38,304 nucleotides of DNA from a virus. The position numbers were made by a program, and so were the translations under genes. Positions within the stretch are counted from its first letter, which is position 1. Every line of letters starts with the position of its first letter. Where the stretch lies: the IMG/VR virus record IMGVR_UViG_3300042289_000484, one strand, 5' to 3'. Positions 31,615 through 38,304 of this stretch are shown piece after piece. The notes under the pieces were generated by a model that worked only from the letters and a program-made list of their open reading frames with translations, had not been told where the DNA came from and made no database searches.

Positions 31615-34216
31615 AGCAGTAGCACTAAACGTCAGGCTGGGCGTAATTTTCGATGAAAAAACTTTAGCAGCCACCGAAAAGGCGCTCCGGCGCTCCGGTG
31701 AGAAACTATCCCGCATAGGCTCTGATTTAACGCTGTCCTTGTCCGCTCCACTTGGTTTATTCGGTGGCGCTGCCATCAAGGCTGCCGGAGATTTGGAAAG
31801 CCTTACCCTTGCTCTACAGTCGCAGTTGGGAAGCGCGGAGAAAGCAGGGCAGGAGTTAGAGAAACTTCAGAAAATTGCAGAGAATCCAGGTTTAGGACTT
31901 GAACAGGCGATCGGCGCTTCCATCCGATTGCAGGGTGTAGGAATTGCAGCCAATGACGCACGGGAGATCATCAAGCAACTTGGTAACGCCATTGCATCCA
32001 CCGGAGGCACAGCACAGGAGTTTGACAATGTGACGCGGCAATTTACGCAGATGATTTCCAAAGGGCGTGTTCTTCAGGAGGACATCAGCGTTATATCTGA
32101 ATCCATGCCCAATATTGCCCAACTGATGCAAAAAGCCTTTGGCACGCAATCAGTTGAGGGCATTAGAGATATGGGTATCGGCGCAAAGGAATTTGTTGCC
32201 GGCATCACAGCAGCAGCCGCCGAACTTCCACGTGTCAAATCGGGCATCAAGAACAACATTGAGAACGCGATGGATGCGGTTAAAATCGCACTTGGTAAAG
32301 TGGGATTGGCCATTAACGATGCGTTTGATATTAAGGGCGGGCTTGAGAAGTTCGCAAAGTTCATCACGGACGCAGCAGCCGCGTTTAATAATTTGAGTGC
32401 TGGAGCAAAAACTGCCATTGCTTACATGGCCGGATTTTTGGTAGCAATAGGGCCAATTGCAAAGGTTATCGGCTCAATCCAGGTGGTGCAGTCTTTTTTG
32501 GTTGGAACATGGAAAGCGATGCTTCCATACCTGAAGGATACGGTTAAGTGGCTGCAACTTCAACGTGCAGCATTTACAGCACTTGCGCCTTCCACACAGG
32601 CATTTATTGCAATTGGACTTGCAGTAGCAGTTGCATCCATCGCAAACGAGTTCGGACTATTTAACCGCCAACTGACAGCAGCGGAGAAGTCCATGCAGAT
32701 GGTGAACGACCTGACAGCACAAGCGAAGGCAGAAACAGCCGGAGAGCGCGCACAGGTTGAATCACTTATCAAGATACTCGGAGATGAGAACGCGAAGCGA
32801 GAGGACAAGATAGAGGCGCTTAATGAACTGAAGTCAATCAATCCGGCATACTTCGGGCAATTGACAATTGAAAATGCTTCAGTAGAAAAACTGAAAGTAG
32901 CGTATGAGGGATACGCAGCAAGCATATTGAAAGCGGCATCAGCAAGAAGAGCGGAAACGGAGCTTGTGGACCTTGATGCAAAAAGAGAGCAACAGTTAAA
33001 AGCGGTTGAGGCGGCCCAAAGATCACTTGACAGAGCAAAACAAACCGAATCCCTCGGCGGGCTTGCTGTTTCGGCTCAATTATCAACAACGGAGGAAGGT
33101 AAACTGAAGATACTCAAGGAGCAACTTGATGTTACAAATCAGCAAATAACCGACCTAAAAAAGATAGTTGACGGCAATGTAGCGGTTGAGATTTCAGAGA
33201 AGGCCAAAACAGCAGCGGAGATAGCAGCAGCAGAAGCGGCAAAAGCCGCAAATGAAAAGCGAAAGCAGGCATCAGAAGCGGCCATTGCAGCGGCAAATCG
33301 ACTGAAAGATGTTTACAAAGAAGTCCAGGCAGATATTCAGGCTGAAAAAGACTATCAGAATGCACTTGGTGCAGAGGATATTATACAGCAGGCAGAGACA
33401 ATTGAGAAAGGACTGAAGCGCCTGATTGATGCAGGATTCAGCCCCACATCAGCGGAGGTTGAAAACCTTAAGGAGCAACTGAAAGGGCTGTATAGCGAAT
33501 TTGGCACAATACCGACCATCCCGACACTACCAACGCCAACGGGCGTACAAAGCGAAGGCGCGGGAATATTGCCTGTTATATCGCAGGTTGACACAAAGCC
33601 GCTGGATGACTACTACACACGCATTTCAGAGATTACGCAAGGGCTGACAGAAGGCACGCTGAAGTTCGGAGAGGCATTTACAACCACCGCTGAATTGATT
33701 TCAGAGCAGGGAACGATGATTGAAAATACCGTGCTTGGTATTGCTAATGCGATGGCTCAAAGCGCATCCGAAGGCGCAACATCCATGCGCGAACTCGCAC
33801 AGGCTGCAATATCAGCCGGACTAAAAATAATACGCTCATACATTCAGCAGGGCGTTGCAAGTGCCGTATCAAAGGCGCTGACATCTGTACCGTTCCCGTT
33901 TAATATTGCAGCCGGAGCAGCAGCCGGATCGGTTGCGAGTGTGCTATTTACAAACCTGATTTCAAAGATCGGCGTTAATGGATTTGCGCGTGGTACTGCC
34001 TTTGCGCCCGGTGGTATGGCACTTGTTGGCGAGAAAGGCCCGGAACTTGTCAATATTCCGCGTGGTTCGCAGGTCATATCCAATATGCGCACTAACCGAC
34101 TACTTGAGGGCATGGGGCAATCGGGCGGCGTTATGCAGGGCGAGTTCACAGTCAGGGGTACAGATTTGGTATTGGTACTTGACAGGGCCAAAGCAAGACA
34201 ATCAAGAGTGTTTTAA
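31604..34216 (+). CDS. Tape measure protein
   Basis: 870 aa, Ala-rich and helical with hydrophobic segments. Canonical position after the chaperones. Confidence 0.9.
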   Translation: MASKAVALNVRLGVIFDEKTLAATEKALRRSGEKLSRIGSDLTLSLSAPLGLFGGAAIKAAGDLESLTLALQSQLGSAEKAGQELEKLQKIAENPGLGLEQAIGASIRLQGVGIAANDAREIIKQLGNAIASTGGTAQEFDNVTRQFTQMISKGRVLQEDISVISESMPNIAQLMQKAFGTQSVEGIRDMGIGAKEFVAGITAAAAELPRVKSGIKNNIENAMDAVKIALGKVGLAINDAFDIKGGLEKFAKFITDAAAAFNNLSAGAKTAIAYMAGFLVAIGPIAKVIGSIQVVQSFLVGTWKAMLPYLKDTVKWLQLQRAAFTALAPSTQAFIAIGLAVAVASIANEFGLFNRQLTAAEKSMQMVNDLTAQAKAETAGERAQVESLIKILGDENAKREDKIEALNELKSINPAYFGQLTIENASVEKLKVAYEGYAASILKAASARRAETELVDLDAKREQQLKAVEAAQRSLDRAKQTESLGGLAVSAQLSTTEEGKLKILKEQLDVTNQQITDLKKIVDGNVAVEISEKAKTAAEIAAAEAAKAANEKRKQASEAAIAAANRLKDVYKEVQADIQAEKDYQNALGAEDIIQQAETIEKGLKRLIDAGFSPTSAEVENLKEQLKGLYSEFGTIPTIPTLPTPTGVQSEGAGILPVISQVDTKPLDDYYTRISEITQGLTEGTLKFGEAFTTTAELISEQGTMIENTVLGIANAMAQSASEGATSMRELAQAAISAGLKIIRSYIQQGVASAVSKALTSVPFPFNIAAGAAAGSVASVLFTNLISKIGVNGFARGTAFAPGGMALVGEKGPELVNIPRGSQVISNMRTNRLLEGMGQSGGVMQGEFTVRGTDLVLVLDRAKARQSRVF

Positions 34217-34231
34217 TCAAAATCAAAAGAC

Positions 34232-37200
34232 ATGGCATTAAGGGTTTACGGCATCGGCAAATCACCATCAGGCGTTCAGTACAACGCCGCGATATACGAC
34301 ATATCATATTCAGGTAGTGAATCTTCCTTTGACATTGCCAAAGGTGGCATCAAAATAGAATGGAGAGGCGACAATGACAATGACGTACACAGCCCTATAT
34401 TAGGCTCCATTGCGTCAATTGATATGCTTATCCCGGTCACAAATACCACGCTGAATACCTTTGTGGATGACGTGCGAACATCCAAAGAGGGCAGGTTCCT
34501 GCTTGAAATTGAAATACAATCAGGCGCTAAGGTTTGGAGAGGCATTATAACTCCGGATGCCCTAAGTACAGAAACAGATGAAAGTCCGGTTTACAGGTGT
34601 TCGATAACCGCTGTTTGCGGGCTTGCTATGCTTAAAAAAGTACCATACCTGAATGCGGGAGCGCTGTATTATGGCACGGACAGACTGACAAAACACCTGG
34701 TAAATGCGCTTGGTAAATTGGCGCACGTTTCAACATTTTGGGGTACAGATGATGCGTTTTTGGAAACTTCGCTGGACTGGTGGGCAACAGGAATGACCGC
34801 CAACGATGCCAACGATCCGCTGTATCTTGGGTATATAGACCATGCGGCATTTTACAACTTTGATAAAAACGGCTCTATTGACGATGATGTATTGTCGTGC
34901 TATGACGTGCTGAAGTACATCTGCCTTTCATTCGGCGCACGAATTAGAATGCGCGATGCTGTTTATGTGGTGGAGCAGATTGACTACAGAGCGAACACGG
35001 CGTACAACTGGAGGACTTACAAAAAATCAGGAGCGCAAAAGACATACGGCGCTTATTCCGGCGTGCTGAATGTCAATCAGACTAAAGCCAACGCATCAAA
35101 GTTGACGTATGTTACATACGACTATCAAACACAAACATCAAAGGCAAAGGCTGTATATGAAGTAAGGTTAAGGCGCAATTTTTGGCAAAACATCATTCTT
35201 CAGGAAGGGCAAACTTACAATTTCAATCAAACCATCAGCAGCCAATCAGGCGCGGTAACAGCCCGCATACGTGGCACGTTTTTTATCACAATTGAAAACA
35301 CAGGGTATTCGGGTAGCGCAAATGATATTATCATGCCTGAAATCAGTATGACAATCAAGGTTGGCAGCAACTACCTGAAACGTGACATCACATACTCCAA
35401 TTTCAGCATTTACTATTCAGATGCCGAATGGAGTCCGACAAGTACGAACAGGTTTAAGTTGGTTGCACCGGGGCAAACATTTGCCGGACTTGGTGAATCA
35501 ATCACATTTATACAGTCATTCGATTTTATCACTCCGGCGCTGCCTGGTGACGGACTGAACAATCAGGTATCAGCCTCAATATCCGACATAAGGAAAAATG
35601 ACGGCGTATCGGTTCCATTGAGCGAATTTGGCATATCGTGGGATGCCGGAGGGCTTTACATGGAGGTGTTTGACGCAGGCACGCCGAATGTGCAGGAGGA
35701 TGAGGTACTGTATGAATCTGACAATCCGGACGAGGGAACTGATATTTGGGAAACAAGACTACGTGTAGGCTCCGGTAGCCTTAACTACCTGGGCGCTGTA
35801 CTCAATTCAAACGCAACGGTGTCTTATTCGGATTGGGGGCAGGGTTCAGGAACAAGAAATAAGGCGCTCGGTGCTTTGCTGACAAAGCGGGTGCAGGATG
35901 GCAGGTTGCGTGTTAAAAAGCGCCTTAACGGTCAATTGTACGGAGATCAATGCAACAGCGTTAGAAAGCTGTTAAGCACTTCAGATGGCATTGATTGGCT
36001 GGATATGCGCGTGGTATGGTCACCGACAGAGAACATCATAGATGGTACGTGGCTGGAAATGGACTACGGCACGACATCAGACGTAAAAACACCCGTCAAA
36101 GTCAAAATTCTGTCCGGTGGCACGAATAATCCGACCGTAATCAATCCCACATCAACAAGCCCCACTACAGGCGGCAATTCGCCATTTATGGCAAATCCAC
36201 CGGGGGCTATACTGAATCCGCTGTCATTCAACAGTCTGAATACAGCCATAACCAAAGGCGCTACCGTCACATCTATTTCGGTGGGTACAGCGCTTGCGGG
36301 CAACGAGTTTGCGACCGGAGACAAAGTCAAAATTGTCAATCCGGTCACAGGTCAATTTCAGACGTTTACGGTGGCATCAGCGCCATCGGCCGGAGCGACT
36401 GCAATATCAGTCAACAGCGCAACTGCCGCTTTTGACATACCACAGAATGCGGGCCTGTTTGTGCAATTGACACCACAGGCAGGAGGCGGCGGTGTCGCTA
36501 ATGGTGACAAGGGGGATATTACGGTAAGTTCATCGGGTACTGTTTGGACGATTGATAACAATGTAGTGAGCAATGCGAAGTTTAGGCAAAGTTCTGCACT
36601 ATCAGTTGTTGGCAGATCGGCAAACAGCACCGGAAACGTGGCTGACATTACAGCGGGTACAGATGGTCATGTTTTGCGGAGATCAGGCACTACGGTAGGA
36701 TTTGGGCAGACTGCCACAGATGGTATTGCAAATAATGCCGTTACTTACGCAAAAATACAGGCAATTGATAGCAGGTCATTTGTTGGTAATAAACTATTTT
36801 CATCTGCTACTCCAGTATCGCTTTCCATTGCCGATGTAAAGGGAATGCTTCACAATGGAGTTGATAAGCGAATTGCGTTATTTGATAATTCAAATACTAT
36901 AATATACAATAACGATATTAGATACAATACAGATGGAAGGCTTACTACAAAGTTTTATTCAGGAATAGCCGTTACGCTAACTGTTGCATTTGGTTCTGGA
37001 TGCGGAACATCCCCAACAAATGATTCAATACAAGGTAGTGGTAATTTTTTTACATTTGCTTTTACATCAGGAACTTCTATTCCATCCGGAAACACCGAAT
37101 TATTTACTATTACTGTTCCATTTAATGTTTCTTGTGTTGTATTCAGCCCTTCAAATTCTCAAGACATTAGTAGTATTTACACAATATCAGGTGGCGGGAC

Positions 37201-37282
37201 AACAATTGAGGTAAGAACAAGATCGGCCATATTGGCATCAACAAGTTATTCCATAAGTTTTTTAGCATTTGGGTTTTATTAA
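34232..37282 (+). CDS. Large distal-tail/fibre protein
   Basis: 1016 aa directly after the tape measure. C-terminal part has fibre-type GDKGDITVSSSGTVWTIDNN and an AT-rich tip. Confidence 0.7.
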   Translation: MALRVYGIGKSPSGVQYNAAIYDISYSGSESSFDIAKGGIKIEWRGDNDNDVHSPILGSIASIDMLIPVTNTTLNTFVDDVRTSKEGRFLLEIEIQSGAKVWRGIITPDALSTETDESPVYRCSITAVCGLAMLKKVPYLNAGALYYGTDRLTKHLVNALGKLAHVSTFWGTDDAFLETSLDWWATGMTANDANDPLYLGYIDHAAFYNFDKNGSIDDDVLSCYDVLKYICLSFGARIRMRDAVYVVEQIDYRANTAYNWRTYKKSGAQKTYGAYSGVLNVNQTKANASKLTYVTYDYQTQTSKAKAVYEVRLRRNFWQNIILQEGQTYNFNQTISSQSGAVTARIRGTFFITIENTGYSGSANDIIMPEISMTIKVGSNYLKRDITYSNFSIYYSDAEWSPTSTNRFKLVAPGQTFAGLGESITFIQSFDFITPALPGDGLNNQVSASISDIRKNDGVSVPLSEFGISWDAGGLYMEVFDAGTPNVQEDEVLYESDNPDEGTDIWETRLRVGSGSLNYLGAVLNSNATVSYSDWGQGSGTRNKALGALLTKRVQDGRLRVKKRLNGQLYGDQCNSVRKLLSTSDGIDWLDMRVVWSPTENIIDGTWLEMDYGTTSDVKTPVKVKILSGGTNNPTVINPTSTSPTTGGNSPFMANPPGAILNPLSFNSLNTAITKGATVTSISVGTALAGNEFATGDKVKIVNPVTGQFQTFTVASAPSAGATAISVNSATAAFDIPQNAGLFVQLTPQAGGGGVANGDKGDITVSSSGTVWTIDNNVVSNAKFRQSSALSVVGRSANSTGNVADITAGTDGHVLRRSGTTVGFGQTATDGIANNAVTYAKIQAIDSRSFVGNKLFSSATPVSLSIADVKGMLHNGVDKRIALFDNSNTIIYNNDIRYNTDGRLTTKFYSGIAVTLTVAFGSGCGTSPTNDSIQGSGNFFTFAFTSGTSIPSGNTELFTITVPFNVSCVVFSPSNSQDISSIYTISGGGTTIEVRTRSAILASTSYSISFLAFGFY

Positions 37283-37301
37283 CCAAAACAACACATCAAC
37301 C

Positions 37302-38304
37302 ATGAAATATAAACACATCATCTTATTTGCCGCACTTGCGCTGATTACAACAGCATCAAGCGCCCAAATACAATTTACAGCCGGAATCAATTACGAATCC
37401 GGCGTGCCATCAGGCGCACCATCATCCACAGGTTCACGCCTTCGGGTTGACCTTGCATCGGGGCGCATCTACCAATGGAGCGCGGCAAACACCACATGGC
37501 GCACGCTCGGTCAAGGCATTGATATTGTAGCCGGATGCGCTGCACCTGCCTACACGCCCGGATACGCTCAATCTGTGTTTGCGGTAAATGGCTGCTCCAC
37601 GCCCGAACTGTACTATTACAACGGCACGCAATGGAAGCAGGTTGCAGGCGGTGGTGGCGGTGGTGCTACATACTACGCAGGTACGGGTATTGACATTGAC
37701 GCAAACGACACTATCAGCATTGATACAGTACCACGTCTGATATTCTATTCAAATCAAACCTATTCAGGTGGTGTGGGTGCAATGCGGTGGAATAGTGACG
37801 ATGGCACACTTGACTTAGGTTTGAAGGGCGGTAATGTGACGCTTCAATTAGGGCAGGAACTTGTGCAGCCTGTAAAGCACGCTACAAACGGCGGGCTTGA
37901 TAATGGTAAGGTCGTGTACATTACAGGCTCTTCAGGTGACAATAAAACGGTTTTATACGCCCGCGCAAACAATGAAGCGACAAGCTCCAAAACGCTCGGC
38001 GTAATGACTGAAACTGTTACAGGTGGAAACAAAGGGTTTTGTACGACCTTCGGACTTGTGCGTAACATCAACACGTCAAACCTGACAGAAGGCGGCGCTG
38101 TATGGCTAAGCAAGGATACAGCGGGAGCAATGACAGCTGTAAGGCCGGAGGCTCCGAATCACGGCGTGTTCATCGGCTTTTGCGTTAGAAAGCACGCATC
38201 AACAGGGGTTATCTTTGTGAATGTGCAAAATGGCTACGAACTGAATGAACTGCACAACGTGTACGCACCATCGCCGACCAATGGCCAGGTGCTTACCTAT
38301 GTGT
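37302..38304 (+). CDS. Tail fibre protein, N-terminal part (continues at nt 1 of the circle; about 703 aa in total)
   Basis: ATG 37302 with no stop to the window end. Same frame as nt 1-1236 through the 127-nt repeat. N-terminus MKYKHIILFAALALITTASSAQ. Confidence 0.8.
   Translation, partial: MKYKHIILFAALALITTASSAQIQFTAGINYESGVPSGAPSSTGSRLRVDLASGRIYQWSAANTTWRTLGQGIDIVAGCAAPAYTPGYAQSVFAVNGCSTPELYYYNGTQWKQVAGGGGGGATYYAGTGIDIDANDTISIDTVPRLIFYSNQTYSGGVGAMRWNSDDGTLDLGLKGGNVTLQLGQELVQPVKHATNGGLDNGKVVYITGSSGDNKTVLYARANNEATSSKTLGVMTETVTGGNKGFCTTFGLVRNINTSNLTEGGAVWLSKDTAGAMTAVRPEAPNHGVFIGFCVRKHASTGVIFVNVQNGYELNELHNVYAPSPTNGQVLTYV
38178..38304. repeat. Terminal direct repeat, copy 2
   Basis: Identical to nt 1-127. 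Confidence 0.95.

Noticed and set aside
34232-37282. Diversity-generating retroelement acting on the fibre genes
   Set aside because: No reverse transcriptase gene, and no template/variable repeat pair, is visible anywhere in the genome.
38178-38304. True phage direct terminal repeat or LTR-like element
   Set aside because: The repeat lies in the middle of a continuous fibre ORF, and its length of exactly 127 nt is typical of a k-mer overlap. The HNH/TerS/TerL layout predicts cos ends elsewhere.

Overview
The window is one complete tailed-phage genome assembled as a circle. Nt 1-127 are identical to nt 38178-38304, so the unique sequence is about 38,177 bp. The break falls inside a tail-fibre gene: 37302->38304 continues in frame into 1->1236. 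Every credible gene is on the + strand, and many genes share ATGA or TGATG stop-start overlaps.

Gene order:
- 1-2637: fibre C-terminus, a signal-peptide protein and a caspase-like protease.
- 2649-4391: lysis cassette (spanin-like pair, 4-TM holin candidate, GH19-type endolysin).
- 4535-7593: early genes (PD-(D/E)XK nuclease, SSB-like protein, HTH).
- 7710-10759: SNF2-type helicase, orphan DNA methyltransferase, ThyX.
- 10756-11887: small early ORFs.
- 12065-17053: replication block (initiator, guanylate-kinase-like protein, DnaB, MazG-like protein, VRR-NUC).
- 17073-21010: a promoter-to-terminator accessory unit. It holds a membrane protein, a TM-anchored GH24-like lysozyme and three paralogous acidic Gly/Tyr/Asp low-complexity proteins, one built from a 276-nt hexanucleotide repeat.
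- 21026-38304: HNH, TerS, TerL, portal, prohead protease, HK97-type capsid, head-tail joining genes, major tail, G/GT chaperone with a G_GGA_AAC -1 frameshift site, tape measure and two large fibre proteins.

Three signals point to a Bacteroidota host (inference): TAnnTTTG -7 boxes (some with TTG 19-20 nt upstream), A/C-rich leaders without Shine-Dalgarno motifs, and signal peptides ending in AQ. No integrase, repressor pair, tRNA, rRNA, CRISPR array or transposase was recognised. All family calls come from motifs read by eye; no database search was possible.
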